From: Octopus sinensis
Lineage: Eukaryota
Direction of reading: 5' to 3'
Length of the DNA: 64,000 nt
Assembly (NCBI RefSeq): GCF_006345805.1
Contig: NC_043001.1
Location: forward strand, 91,140,001 to 91,204,000
Positions 1 through 14,583 of this stretch are shown piece after piece. The position numbers and the translations under genes were made by a program. Under the pieces are notes generated by a model, which made no database searches, was not told the DNA's origin, and saw nothing but the letters and a program-made list of their open reading frames with translations. How positions within the stretch are numbered: the first letter of the stretch is position 1; the number at the start of each line of letters is the position of its first letter.

Positions 1-19
1 AACAACTACAATAATAATC

Positions 20-210
20 TTTTCTACTAAAGGCACAAGGCCTGAAATTTTTTGGGAGGGAACTAGTTGGTTGCATTGACCCTAATGTTTCACTGGTATG
101 TAACTTATCGACCCTGAAAGGATGAAAGGCAAAGTTGACCTCAGGGGAATTTGAACTCAGAATGAAGCGGCAGCCGAAATACTGCTAACGATTTTGCCAG
201 TTTGCCACCT
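20..210 (-). mobile_element. SINE family A (tRNA-like head, GCCTTTCATCCTTTCGGGGTCGATAAA central motif, (ATT)n tail)
   Basis: Matches other copies in the window (3238, 19899, 21480, 22900, 37648, 47753); shared gaaaggatgaaaggcaaagttgacctc...gaatttgaactcagaa block. Confidence 0.8.
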
Positions 211-1189
211 TACAACAATAATAATAATAACACTAATTATATGATAATAATAATAATAATAATAATAATATCCTTGATGAAAATAATTATTTCCTTTCTT
301 GGTGAAAAGTCAGAAATCTTTTAGAGGAAGAGCGCAGTTGGGTAAATAATCACTACTTCATGACTGAAACTTATTTTATTAACCTGGAAAGATTAAAGGT
401 AAATTTGGCTCTCCCAGGATTTGAATGCAGGAGAACAAAATAAATGAATATTATGTTCTCTATCCTTTCTGCTTCTCAATATATTACGATAATGATTACC
501 TTTGATAGCACAAAATCCAACATTTTTTTTTTGTAGAAAAGGAGTAAACCCAAGTGTATTATCATAACTTGTTTATTGCCTCTAGAGCAGTGATTCTCAT
601 TGGGAGAGACCTGATGGGTGGGGGCTGTGATGATTGAAAATCTTTTGATAAAAATATTAGTTTTAAATTTGTCCAACACTATGGCATAGGAAGAGTCATA
701 TGGATGCAAACTATATGATGCTTTTTCATCAATAAAAGAGAATAGTTGAAATTTCTATAATTTTGTTTCTTTTGGGAAGTTGGTGTGTTTTTGATATTTG
801 TCAGTTTGAGAATCCTTGTGCTAAAGAGATCAGTGGTAAAAATGATGATAATAATTTTAAAATGAAGACCAAAATTGTGTTTTTTCAGAGGTGGTGGGGA
901 AGCTTTTACTTACTATTGTTAAAGTTTGAATCAAGTGGTAAAATGTATTAGAGTAGGGACGAAGTATTATGGTTTAATTCTACAACTGGTTTTTAATTTG
1001 AATTGTAAATAAAAAGAAAAAGAAGTGGAAAACATTCTCTCTATGGTCAGATTTTAAACATAGTTTCTTGTCTAGGTTAGTTTAACAGTGATTAGATACT
1101 TGCATTTTAATTTGCCAGAATGTATTAGAATGAATGTGTATATCACTGTTTTGACTTTTGCTGTCCTCTGTTTATGATGAATTATTACT

Positions 1190-1720
1190 ATTAGAAGCAC
1201 TGCTGGTGCTATCTTTCTGGTGAGGCAACTGCAGGAGAAGTATTTAGTCAATAATAAACCTCTGTATTTAGCTTTTGTTTCGTGGAGAAAGCCTTTGACA
1301 AGGTCCCCCACTCCTGTATCTGGTAGGCAATGCATAAGCTAAAGAGAGACGAGTGGTTAGTGAGAACTGTAAAAGTCACATACAGGAATGCTATCAGGAA
1401 CATGAAAGTCAGTAATGAGTATAGCAAGGAATTTAGCATACAGGTAAGAGTTCACCAAAGATCTGTCTACAGCCCTGTCATGTTTATCATAGTCCTTCAG
1501 GCCATAACAGAAGAATTTAAGACTGGCTACCTTTGGGAACTTCTCTATACTGATGACCTTACTGAATCACTACCTGAACTAGAGAAGAAATTTCAGATGT
1601 GGAAGTAAGGTCTTGAATCAAAGGGCTATAAAGTTAATTTACAAAAGAGTAAAGTCCTAGTAAGTAGAAAAACAAATTACTGATCCCTTCAGGGAGATGG
1701 CTCTGCTTGATACATAGAAA
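1190..1720 (+). mobile_element. Degenerate RTE LINE fragment (RT core to start of PHD insert)
   Basis: ORF 1330-1608 (EEFKTGYLWELLYTDD) and flanking DNA align by eye with the RTE at 50100-50630. Confidence 0.85.
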
Positions 1721-3110
1721 AGATGCCTTGTTAAAAACACCTAGTACACTCTGTACCACATAAATCACCCAGTATACTTTGTAAAGTAGTTGGCATAAGG
1801 AAGGGCATTTAGCTGTAGAGTCCATGCCAAAACAGACAAGTGGAGCCCAGGTAGCTTTCCCACTGGCCAGCTCTTGTCAAACTATCCAACCAGCATGAAG
1901 AATAAAGATTAAATTATGATGATGATATGTGTTAATTCTAAATATAAATACAGTAAGTTCTGACTACTCAACATTATTTTTATAGATTGCTCTGTTTAAA
2001 CGTTATCTTTTGTATCTGTAGTCTGAAGCCATTACCACCCAGTCAATAATGACCATTATATGTAAATAATCCTCTCAGTTACTTCTTGAATATATTTTTC
2101 AGTGATATCATTCTACTGACCAAAGATTAGGTACCCCAGTTTCAGTGACAGTCTAAACACTGTCTTCATAAGAAAGATATTTAATTCTTAAATTGTCCAG
2201 TTGACCCAGATATAAGTGCATATGAGTAGAACAGCTTGTAAACAATTGCTCTTTATTCTCCTTGAATGTTAGCTTGTAGTGTTAAGTTGAAATCTTGCAG
2301 GTATGCTGGAGAGGAATGGACTGTATTAAGCTTATTTTTTTCTCTCTAGATTATATACATAAAAAGATCTTGGAGATTATGAGGCTCATTCTTTTATAGT
2401 TGGATATCGTGTTGAAAATTTGATCTCAACTCTGAACGAAGCACCTCTACAATTAGTTTTTGCCTCAGACTGATTTGATTAAATCGAAGCTACAAGTGTG
2501 GAAGACAGAATCAATAAAATAAATGTAGCCTTAATAAAACCTCCTGAAAACACTATTATCTTTGCTTAAGCAAAACTGGATAAAATACTGATTTAGTCTG
2601 ATGGTTTACTGAAGAATGTCCTGTCTTTACATTAATCTAACTTATAAATTTTGAGTGTGATAAATATTAGCATAAATTAGAACGGTTGGTAATTGAATAG
2701 CTTCAGTCATCAATAGTTTCAATTTTGATAAACTCATCTAGTGTTAGAACTAATTCTTTACCCCCAAATTTTGTTGTTGTTTAACCCATGGTCAGTCCTA
2801 GTTGATAAATATATGATCAAAGACTTTCCAACTGTGACCATCTTGTCTTTTTGTGTATTTATGACTACATTGAGCCATGTGTGCTTTCTTTTGTTTACAC
2901 AAAATATTGTCTTTTCATCACTTATTCTGCATCGAGTAATGCATTTTTTTCTTTTAATGCAGGCTTATATTATCATCACCATCATCAAGACTCTACCTAA
3001 AATATTTCTTTTTTATTCCATTAAAAAAATTTTTTTTATGATTGTGTAACATTATTTTGATTTTTAAAACTATACTCTTTAGATCCTATTTCTTAAAATA
3101 GGAATCACCA

Positions 3111-3552
3111 CCCTTCTGATGCTGACCTATCTGAGACTGAACCTGGTTCTGTGATTTAAACTTTCTGTTTTCAAGGGATCTAAATTAAAATCTTCCCTCA
3201 AAATGTCACTTTATTTTCCTAATACCAACTCAATAATCCTTTCTACTACAGGCACAAGGCTTGAGTTTTCTTTTTTTTTTTTTTTTTGGTGGGGTAAGTC
3301 AATTACATTGACCCCAGTGTTCAACTAGTACTTATTTTATTGACCCCAAAAGGATGAAAGGCAAAGTTGACCTCAGTAGAATTTGAACTCAGAATGGAAA
3401 GCTGGAAGAAATGCCATTAAGCATTTTGTCCAGTGTGCTAATGCTCCTACCAGCTCACTGCCTGAAACACCAACTTAATAATGGCAAAACTTGTTTTTCA
3501 AAATGAACTGATTCAAGGACAGTATATTCCAACAGAAATATGGCAACAAATT
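3111..3552. mobile_element. piggyBac-like MITE remnant interrupted by a SINE
   Basis: Similar to the TTAA-flanked elements at 6029-6253 (reverse) and 63422-63641. Confidence 0.5.
3238..3465 (-). mobile_element. SINE family A with 17-bp target-site duplication
   Basis: Family A motifs; flanks aataccaactcaataat (3221-3237) and aacaccaacttaataat (3466-3482). Confidence 0.85.
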
Positions 3553-6028
3553 TTAAACAATCTATAATGTAGTATCTTTTCTGTAAATTAGAGGAACTTT
3601 CTGTCTTACTTTTGATTTTCTTGTTTCACAATTCTGCTGAGTCCACTAGTTTCTCTGTTGGGATGACGTTTTAAAACTTTCAGTTTATTCAGGAATATTT
3701 TCTTTAATATAGTGTTAACACTTCATGTTGATATTTTATATGTGTTTGTTCAGTCTTTCTCTTCTCCGCCCTCTCTCTTACGCTTTTTCTCTCATCCTCT
3801 TACTATTTCAAACTTTTATACCAAAGTTGCACTTTCCTTCTTTCCTTTTCCACCCACTCTGTTTAACTTTTTTTTCCTCTATTTTAATACTAGTGATATG
3901 ACTGCTTAGGTCAGCAATGTTTTCTAGTTTCACTGAATATTTCTGAATATTCTGCTGAAGATTTTCTGTTTCTCTGTTCTGGTATATTAAAATTTTGCTC
4001 TACTGAGAATATGAACTGCTGACATTATAATTTTTTTTTTATAATTACTGTCATTACTCATTATTTTTACTTAATTTCATTTCTTATTGCTATCAAACAA
4101 AACAGCCAACATTTATTTGCTGAGTTAACACATAAAAAAAATGCCACGCTGTATTAGAATGTGCTGTTTGCAGTTTCAGCTGAAATTAGATATAGAAAGC
4201 AAAACATTACATATTATATGTAGATAAAGTATGCAGTATATAGGCAAGAGAATAGAAAAAGTACATGTATTTTTATATATTAGTGTTTCTCTGAATAAGT
4301 ATAATTCTAATGAACTTTGACTGTTGCATTAACATCAACAGAATATTTGCTGGTTGATTTACTAGGCTTAAACGTATATAGTGTAGTTTGTTGCAAGTGA
4401 AGTTGTTTAACTCCAGAGCAATATCACTAATCAATAAATGTTTCCTATAAAATTTCCTATAAAAATTCATTTACATGACAAATGTTTATAAATGCTCTTT
4501 GCTTCTAGTTTCAACAATTGTGTGAATTACATTTAATTCCGTTGGATTGAGGAAGAAGAGGAAGTGCTTAGTGCCTTTTATAGGGGTTATTGGACAAGGT
4601 ATTGATGATTATCAGGGTTAGGGTTACTCTATCTTGATTTTAAAGCCATGATTGTTTGTGAAGAGGGAGGTGGTACATGAAAATGTATCCAACTACCTAC
4701 GCAGAGGGATGTTGTCTCCTAATCAATGTAGATCTATAGAAATAAAGCCAGAGTTGTGTAAACTAATAAGAGGTGTAGGTAGAGACATGAAAAGTTTTTT
4801 TTTATGATAGTTTCCTTAACATTGAGATCGGTAAAAACAATTTTAATGAAAAAATAAGGGTATTCACAGTGCACTACACATATTTTTTTAAAAGATAATT
4901 TAAAATAATTCTTAATAAACATATAGAGTTAGCCTTGATGAAGGAAAAGTGAAATCAATTTGATTAGCTTCTAGTCTTCTTAGATCTTCATCAGAGAAAG
5001 CACACACATCTTCTATTCATGGGTATTGAGTAGCATGCTGTTATTTGTAGTCTATGCAAACTAGATCCAGTTAAGTTAGTTACTATAATTTGCATATGGC
5101 TGACAACAAGGGTCATTTTATTCGTTCATAGTGCACTAGTGAACCAGATAGAAGTTTGGGGGCAATTTCAAATGAGGTGTATCTTTTTATTAATTAATGA
5201 TATGGTTTTAGCCCAAGTTTAAATGAGTTACATTACAAGTTTTATCTCTAAATTTGTTAAAATTATGTTAATTAAAAAAGAAAGCACACATCTTACATTT
5301 CAAATTATCCCAAAAGACTGTGTGGTGCACTATGAATGAATTAATCCATGATATTAGTGCAGGTACTGTTATACAAATTAGATTGGCCAGTTTAGATGTA
5401 TCCTAATTTATATACAGCTACAAGCTATTAATTTCTCTGTAAACAGAAAATGGGTATTCTTTCTCTGAAGAAGATCTAATAAGATTAGAAACTAAGATTG
5501 ATCCCGTTTTCTCTCGCTATAGAAAGATAAAAGCTGGGATGTAAGCACTTTATTTAATTTTTGCAGTGAAGCTAAAGTTGAATGTTTATTAAAGGAAAAA
5601 GGTATTGCTTATATTTCAAATTCAAACTAAGTTTCTTTTCTTTACTGATGCATGATAAAAATATCAATAAACTCCAGATGAAATATTTTGAGAAGAAACT
5701 AAATTTTCCTTTTAATCCTGCAGTCTATATAAAAAGTAGAATAGCATTTACATCATATTCTGTGTAGATTCATTATCAACAGAATTAAATTTTGCAGTAT
5801 CTGTAACTGGCAGGTAACCTGTTTTGATGACACTATCTTTGCATTTAGGTTAGGTTAACATTTGAATTACCCTTTAAAATTTTATCAATGAGTTAGATAA
5901 ATAATGTGTTGTTTTCAAATGGAATAATTTTATTATTTTTTTTTCAGTTTATAGATTTTAATTTTTGCATTTAAACTTTCGTGTTGGAAAGATCCAGCTA
6001 GATTTGCTTGTCATAATGATAACTTTAA

Positions 6029-6253
6029 CCCTATTGTTACCATATTTCTATTAAACTTTGTTTTAATTAATTTTGAAAATAACGAAGAATTTAGTAAATT
6101 AATTTTATCATGATTAAGTTAGTGTTTGGAACTTAAAAGATTTAACATAAAATTCTGAAGGAAGGTTTTAATTTAGATCACTTTAAACAAGAAGTTTGTG
6201 AAGTTTGTATCATGGAACCAAGGGTGATCTCAGGTCCCTTTGCTATCAAAGGG
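6029..6253. mobile_element. piggyBac-like MITE
   Basis: TTAA-CCCT...AGGG(A)-TTAA ends; internal similarity to 54278-54955 and 63422-63641. Confidence 0.6.
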
Positions 6254-9200
6254 ATTAAGTTAGTTTCATGACAACTTATAAGTCAGGATACCAAATAACT
6301 GGTATTTGATTTCAGTACTCTACTAGTAATATTTGACCAAATAATACCAAGGGCTGTAAGGTAGAGCATCATTTATTACATTCTCTACCTTGCTTAGTGC
6401 ACTATGAATAAACCATTGTATTGTTGTTTACTTCAGTGTTATTGAATAAATATATGACATTGGGACAGCCTATTATAAACATCATAGCACTGACCATTAT
6501 GTCGTCACTCTAAGACTTAGAACTTAGTATAAGCATTTCCCATTTTCATAATGGTAGGGGATGTGTGGAAAGACAATAAGTAGGTAGCTTAGCATTATTT
6601 GCTACTTTTTTATATTTCTCTGTAAAGAAACATATCACAAGGAGTCATAATTGGTACATTTATTTATAGTGTTTTTAATTGTTGCTGACCCTGACTTTGT
6701 TGGAGCTATTTTTTGAATTAAGAAACAAAATTTAAATCGTATTTCATTGTATTTCTTTATAAGAGGTAGTTTTGAATTTTATGTTTAAGAATTCCACTCA
6801 GAAATTTGTTTTTTGCTAAGAGCAAGGCTTTGATAAAAGTAAACGATAAACAGCAAAATGATATACATGTTAAATAGCTCTAGATAGTTTTGATAGTACA
6901 GACTATAAGCACATTTTATAGGTAATCAAACATTTTATGTTGAACTACAAATGAAACAGGTCTATTATATCATACTCAAAGAATATTTATTGTTTATCGA
7001 TCTTAGATTTGGGTGTTTGTCAGAGATGAGTAAGTTGTTTTACTTTGTGTACCATGCTATGTGGTGAGAACTGATGTTTTGAGCAGGATCTTTATTCCAT
7101 TTCCTTGGAGAAAGGCCTCACCAGAGGCCTAAACTGTCCTGTTTTCATGCTAACTTATTTTATTAGCCATTTAAAATCCTTATCTCTACAAATGTTACTC
7201 TTCCCAATCTTTAAAGATTTCTCATACCAATCTCAAATATATAGATTGCCAAATCTGTTACCCAAAGATTAGGCTTCTGAACACAAAATATTTCAGCTTT
7301 GATCAGTTGCTGTCTTTTTTTTTCTTTTGTTGTTTTTTCCCTTACAAAATTGCAACAGTTACATTATCTTTGTGCTGGCAACTCACCTTCAGAATTCTCT
7401 TTTCTCAAGAAGAATATGAGTCTTTTCTCACCAGCATCTCTTTCCAATTCTTCATTTAGTTGGGCTAGAGGTGTGACAGGTGGCTTTCTTTTACATGCTA
7501 GATCTTCGTTTTTAGGCTTTCTTTCTTAGTATGTCTAAGCCATTTATAATACATACATTTGGAAGTCACAGGTCCGCTGTCTACACTAATTTTGCTATTA
7601 CATTAGTACTGATAATGCAGCACATGCCTTCCTAACCAGCCAGACAGGAGTCTGAGTATCTGATTCTCTGGCAAAATTCATTCACCGACAAACTTCAACC
7701 TCTAATTCACAGAAGCACTGTACCTTCTCTCTATCTCCCTCTTCTGTTGTTACTACAATAGCCACTGCTACTCTGAACTAGCTAGTTGCATTTCTCCTCC
7801 TCTTCATCTTGCCAATTTTCTGCTTTACCTGTCTAGTTCTGCATTAAATACAGATATCAATCTAGAGATATTTAAACAGAATGCCAACTACATCAATCAT
7901 ATCAGTCTAAAAGGGCCTATAAAGGTCACTAGAGCTGCAACCCTTTCTCTGAGTAATCCATTAACAAACAAACAAAATTAGAATTGTATGAAATATATTA
8001 AATGCCTCTATTAAAACTAAGGGAAAATGTCAAAATATAAAGGTGTCTACTGTTGATGTTGAGTCTTTCATTGTGTATTGAGAAGTTTGTTTCCATTGTC
8101 ATTGTAATGAGATAAAAAATTGCACTTTTAAATCAGGAAAGCGTGATTTATTGCTATGGTAACTAACTATCAAACAGGTTTTTACATGTGGCCTCTCTCT
8201 TTCTCTCCCTCTTTTGCACAGATACAATTTTATGAAATGCTCAATAGCATGTATTTTGCACATTAGTTAGAAATCCCCATCATATAATTAGATTTACAGT
8301 AGAAGAAATCACATTAATTCTTACTTTACCTGTTTTAGTTAATAGCTTGGTACATATTGTGTATGCTGTTGGATAGGATATAGATAACACCAACCACTTC
8401 AGTTGGATTCTTCTCTTGTATGATAACTTCTTTCCATTGAAATGTATTTTAGGTTGTAATAGAAAGATATAAGTATTGTCTTGGAAAGAGACACCTTATA
8501 GAAATTTCCATGATTTTTCTCTTCTCACTTTCAGTAACACAGCTATTAAACACTTGATAATTTCTTACACAGTACTTTTCATGTACAATCTGATTGGTTA
8601 GTTGTTGAATTGTCTCTTTCACTAGTGGAAATATTATGAGAAATAAAACCTTAATATATTGTCTAAGCAGTTAATGCACTGTTGTTGACCAGGTAAATAT
8701 AGATTCATTCTTGCATTGCATTCTGTTTTCAAACAATGCATATTACTCTACTTGCCACTGACACTAGATGCAATTTCTACTTTAGAACTCAGGGATTTAC
8801 TTCTGTGAGGGTAGCCAGATATGAGATATATTTTACAGCTACTCTTGGAAACTCCTGAGTGTTATTGAATTTACCAGCAAAGTAAATTCATTGTTGTTTG
8901 TTCTGATAATGAATCCTCCAGTTCTTTCCTTAACGAACCTACCCATTCATTGTACTGTGCCAGTGCTTCTGGGATTTTTGTAACTACTACCCCAACCTTT
9001 TTTTTTTTTTTTAACATTCTTTCCAATGTTCCTTTGCTACAATTCAATGCCTGCTCCCTTTTTTAATGTAAATACTTGTAATATCAGACTAGAGTAATTT
9101 AGTTCTGTGTACTAGTTTAATACAAGTGATTACTCACCACAGCACCAACTTTCTATTAGCATATGTTTTTTTTTTCTTTACTAAATCACATTTAAAGTTG

Positions 9201-9704
9201 ATATTTAAAGAAAAAACTGTACAGATAACTCTATCTTCTCTTGCTGCTGCCCTTTTTGTCCCTAGTATTCATATAAAATTTTCTGCTGCCCCTCCCATCC
9301 CTCAGGAAGCAATAACTGCTTATATTGAGAAGAACTGCTCTAGCATAAATAGTGGAGTTCTACACTTGTATTTTTATCTTAATCCTCTGGCAGAATACCC
9401 ATGATACAGTGTTTGACTTGTTTGATCCTTTGATTTACTGGTATAATCCATTTGATGGCTTCTACAGTTTTTATTTTATCAGTTTTACTCACAAAGCCTG
9501 GGTTGACCCCAGGCTGTGGCAAAAGACAATTGCTCAAGATGTCAAGATTGCAAAACAAGCTTCTTATCTATTTGGCCAGATATAGAACACAGACTAACAC
9601 TTTTTTTTCTCAGAGTTATACTGTACAATGGAAAGTATCTATAAATTTTTGTAGTCAACACTACATGTATAGACATGTAAATACCTTATCTTTATATCAT
9701 TTAT

Positions 9705-9990
9705 CTTTTAATTGTTTCAGTTACTAGACTGCAGCCATGCTGGGGTATTGTCTTGAAGAATTTTAGTTGAATGTATCAACCCCAGTATACTTTTTTTTTT
9801 TTTTGCTTGTACTTATTTTATCAGTCTCTTTTGATGAATGACTAAGTTATGGGGATGTAAACACACCGGCTGTCAAGCAGTGGTGGGGGACAGACACAGG
9901 CATACATGTATATACATACATATATATATATATATGATGAGCTTCTTCCTGTTTCTGTCTGCCAAATCCACTCACAAGGCTTTAGTTGGC
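9705..9990 (-). mobile_element. SINE family B (CORE-type), 3' portion
   Basis: Reverse complement resembles the 45367-45752 copy. Confidence 0.65.
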
Positions 9991-10299
9991 CATGCAATAT
10001 CTCTGGGGGGAAAAAAGGGATCAGCTTGACTACTTTCAGTGTGATGGGATTTCATCAGCAACATAGTGCCTTTTTTTTTTTAAGTGTCTATGGAAACCAT
10101 GCTTTTAAACCCACTATTAGTAAGTGCCTAAAGTAAAGTGGATAGATTACCTTGTATATACATACAATACATTCTTGGCAGCAGGTTTGATTAATGAATT
10201 GTCTATACATTCAGTGTTGACTAAAAGCCTGTAGATATATATATGAAACAAAGCACTATTAATGCACTAGTAATTTACTAAATGAACTGGCTACCTTTC

Positions 10300-10660
10300 T
10301 ATCTATCTAGTTGGGCGACTTGCCCAGACTAATGCAACTCTTCCATGCCAAATGTCCTAATTTTTCATAGCAGTCTTCATATCCTCAGCTTGATATCTAG
10401 TGTCTACCACATGTTGATTGATATATGCTCTTCTTGGTCTACCAATACCTGTATGTTCATGTGTGGGTTTCTAGAGAAGGCAATTGCTGGATGTTTTATC
10501 CTTGCTTCTCCAGCAGTGTCCTGTATAATAATGCTTTCTCTGATTATCAAGGTAGTGGTAGGAAGACTGCCATTCAGACATTGCTCTGTAGGGTGTTGCT
10601 GCCAAGAAAGCTCAAGAAATGTACAAAGCATTCTGGCTGCTATTATATATGCAAATTAGT
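10300..10660 (-). mobile_element. 3' fragment of a second RTE/RTE-X-like LINE family
   Basis: Minus-strand translation across frameshifts gives RML..LELSWQQHPT...GHCWRSKD...KPTH..GRPRRAYINQ, typical of the RTE-group C-terminal region. Confidence 0.65.
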
Positions 10661-12059
10661 CTGCCTAGTTTACTTAAAGCCCTTAGTAATATTGGATTTA
10701 TGAGCATAAGTAATATTGGATCTATATATCTCTGTGGATAGTTAAAGATAGTACACAGTGGCTGATGAAATACTAACACAAACTGAAACTAATTTAGTTG
10801 ACCTCTTGTGTTTTGTCCATGAAGATATTGAACATAAAAAAGACATGATATTTACATCTGCATTTGTCTATGAATACAGTGTTGACTAAAAATCTTTAGA
10901 TATATACTGCAGTATGGTATAACACTAAAAATGTTTATCTATTTTTCAATTGAAGACTCCTCTTGATGAAGATGATATCAATTTAACCTGGAGGACTATG
11001 TTGTGTTCAATTTTTTTTCACGTGTTGTTCCATGCAATGATTGGTTGAATCTTTTTTTGCATCATGCTAATGGTGAAGTCTAACATTCTCAGGCCTGACC
11101 TAATTGTTTAGTAGTAACATATTTTTTTTATAGTCTTTGTCTGTCTGTCTCTGGCTCCTCTTCTCTCTCTCATATCTTGCCTGCTTTCAATTGCTTTTTA
11201 CACTATTATCATTTAGTTCCAAGTCATCCTCTCCCAGATGCTACATTATCTCATGTGGTCTTACTGCATGTAGTGGGTCAAGTGGTCTCCTAGATGCATC
11301 CTCTACCTGTCAAAAGGGTACATCATAAAGACTGGTCCTTCTTTTCAGAACTAGAAAATAGTTCAGCTTCCTGCGATTACTAATCCTGCATTAAACTCAG
11401 AACAGAGTACTACTGCCTTATCTAGTACAGACCGTGCTAAATTTCCATATACAGACAACCTAGACAATACTCAAGAAAAAGATGAAAAAAAAAAAGGCCA
11501 CCTAAGTAACTGGCATTTGCCAAACTTTGGTTCACAGTCAGCAGTCTCCTGACAATGTTACAATGCTTTTTTTTACAACTTAATGACTTTTGTTCCTCAG
11601 ACATAGTTAATCTTATTCGATTTCCACTCAGGCCTTCATGATCCACTTATCTTCTCTTCAGACCCCACATTAACCATTTTCCACAGTACTCCCTCCCCAG
11701 AATGTCATCCCTCTGGTATTCTCTCCATGCCAGTGTTTTCCTGTAGCCATCAACTTGTAGCTGTTCAAGAAGTTCATGAACTGTGTTGATTTCACTGCTC
11801 CCATAGTGTCTGCGATAACTGTGAATACAGCCTCTGTCTTTAGACCAAACCATTAACCTACCCCACCTCCAAATCAACTTAGAACACTTCTTCACCCAGT
11901 TTGTATCCTCTATACATAGTCCTCTATCCTGTGTATATCTGCTGTCTACTGATTGCTATCTCAATGTATTTTCATTCTCCAGTTATCATGAACTGATGAC
12001 ACTCTTAAATTATACTTACTCCAATTGATTTTTCAGCTCCTATTTTACAGACACACTTT

Positions 12060-12850
12060 CTATCCTTAATCTTGGCTACATTTTATATTTCAACTTTGCC
12101 CCACCCCCAAATGTGCTGTCTGTACACATGTAAAATATATTCTTCCTACCACTCAACTTTATCAGCCTCCTGGCTCTTGAACTTCTACATTGACATTGCA
12201 GGTGCAGAAGCCAAATTATTTGTCACACTCACCTGTCAAATATTATTAATCTCCATTCTACCCATTCCCTGATAAAACTCACACACCAAGTGATCTTGAT
12301 CTGCTCCTCATCTTCAAATCCAAGCTGGACTCTACAATTTTTGCCAGTTACACTGATCCACATGAGACAGCTGAGTGGTTGAAACCATCTTTCTAGACAG
12401 GTATCTTCATATTCAAAGCCCATAAATCTCATGTGGTTTATGCAGTTATGCAGTGTTCTATTCTCATACTACTGCAATAGTATAAGCATAGAACACCATA
12501 TAAGCATACAACACCTGAAGAAGTCCTTCACCACACTAACTGCAAGGTTGCCATCAGAAAGGCAAAGGTTCCCTTGGTCATAGCCTGCAATTTTTCCCAA
12601 CTACCAAGTTGCTGCAGCGCCTTTCAATTCTTTGCCAAGATAGTCTCTATCAACAGTTTGGAATTATCCTGTCTCTACTTAACAATCAAGATGGTTCTAT
12701 TTGCAGCACTTCCACTGAAATTTCATACTTTTTCTGCAAACATTGATCTGCAATATTCGTGCTTAACCTTTACTGGCACCGTCTTGGTAGGGCTTGCAAG
12801 AATCCCCAACACTGTCCATCCTCTATTGACTCTCTTACATAAAACAAAAT
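12060..12850 (+). mobile_element. Highly decayed LINE (endonuclease-like region)
   Basis: Fragmentary WLLN..DIAG.EA and LDLLL-type motifs in a C/T-skewed tract; family not assignable. Confidence 0.35.
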
Positions 12851-14583
12851 AACACTATTATACTTCTTGTCTGTAATGTATATATCTCCTTTTAGTATAG
12901 AAATATCAACATTTTACTAGCAACAGACAAAATGTGAGTTTCTTTATAAAATTGCTAAGATACATTGTTATTGTTAAAATGTTTATATTTTAGCTTGGTT
13001 GCTATTATTTTTATATTTTTTTTTATTGATTTGCTAAATCATATGTTTCACAATCCTTTTGGATTGGCTTTTCATCTATTATGGCTTGACGAATAAGATA
13101 AAAACTGTGTTGCAACTTTTATGCTACTTTCTGTCCGGTTATGCATAAATGTCAGTGTATATATTTTTGTGTAGAGATAGTCAAAAGTATACACACTTCT
13201 GTTTTTCATCAGCAATATATTTATTTCACAGAGCTTTCAGTTTCTAATGGAACTCTGATAAAATATATTTCAATTTTCCTGTCTGAGTCAATATTGTTAT
13301 CTGCTGAGAGTTAACCATTTTGAATAAACATAGCAATAACATTTTAGAATTTTTCTTGGTTAATATTCTGGAGTTCAAATAAGATTCAAGGTTTTTAGAA
13401 TATCTTGTCTTTGTGGGTGATTTAATGTCTGTCAGTATTATAACACATTTTTATAAGGTTATTGTTATCAAATTTTCTGTAGTTAAAATGTAATATAAAA
13501 TTTTTGTGTAACATTGGTTTAGAATCTGATAGGAGATTGACTGCTATTCCTTCTTTGGATGCATTTCATGTGTACAGTAAACTGTTTGTTACCACATGGT
13601 AGTTATTGATGTTCTGTGAGTGATAATTCCTATTGATAGTACAAACCTTATTCTTTGATCTGTAACGTGTTGCAAGTGTTGTAGCCAAGATCAATACTCT
13701 TCTGAAGTGTAGCCAGATGGGAAAGATATACAATAGCTATGTACGTAACATATATTTGCATGAATGTGAGTTTATATGTATGCAAGCATGTGTTTTCATG
13801 ATGTAGGTCATTTTTTAGCTTTAACATCTATCTCTTATTCTGTTTTAATAGGACATCTTGGAATTTACAGTATGCACTGTAAAACCAATGAGGTAATTTG
13901 ATCTGTGCTGGCTACTTGTTCAGTGAAAGCACAAAATATGCACAGTTAAGAAGGCAGTCTGGAAAGAAATGTGTTTCCTTCCACACCACAGTGGAATTGT
14001 GGTTAACAGGGATTTATTTACTATGTCATCATTCATTTTGTAGACAAAGCTGTCCTATCCAGTTGAACCATCTCTGTTTCTGGTTAGGTTAAACTTGATT
14101 TAAGGATTATCTGATTCATTTTGTCAATAAGACAGTATCATAGTTTTCTCAGACACCAGTTGTCAAATACTTTCAGATGATGAAGTTCCTTGATTAGAAC
14201 CACATTTTACAGTTACAATGAATGGAATATAGGGATCTTTGTGCAGAGCTTAATTTCCCTATAGGATCAAAGGACAAATTCCAATCTTATGATGGTAGTT
14301 CAAGCTACTATAATGTGCTTCTCAATTGTTTCTTGAAGTAACCTGTTGTTGGAGGAAGAAAGAGCCAAAGTAAACAAACTCCTCCATTTGCTTTGAATGT
14401 TGTTAACTTTGGTCACCTCTAAAGTCAGCTCATAAGATGTAGATGTTGACTGCATTTAACTTTCAACCGACTTAGCTCAAAGCTTTCAAGAAGTCTTCCA
14501 TCATGATTTTCAGGTCAATATTAGATGAGCTCAGAAGGGAAATGTTATTAAGTACAGACAAAATTTTAAAAATTTATTTATCA

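Noticed and set aside
5798-5813. 16-nt exon-like ag...gtaacc
   Set aside because: Weak pyrimidine tract, not frame-preserving, expected by chance
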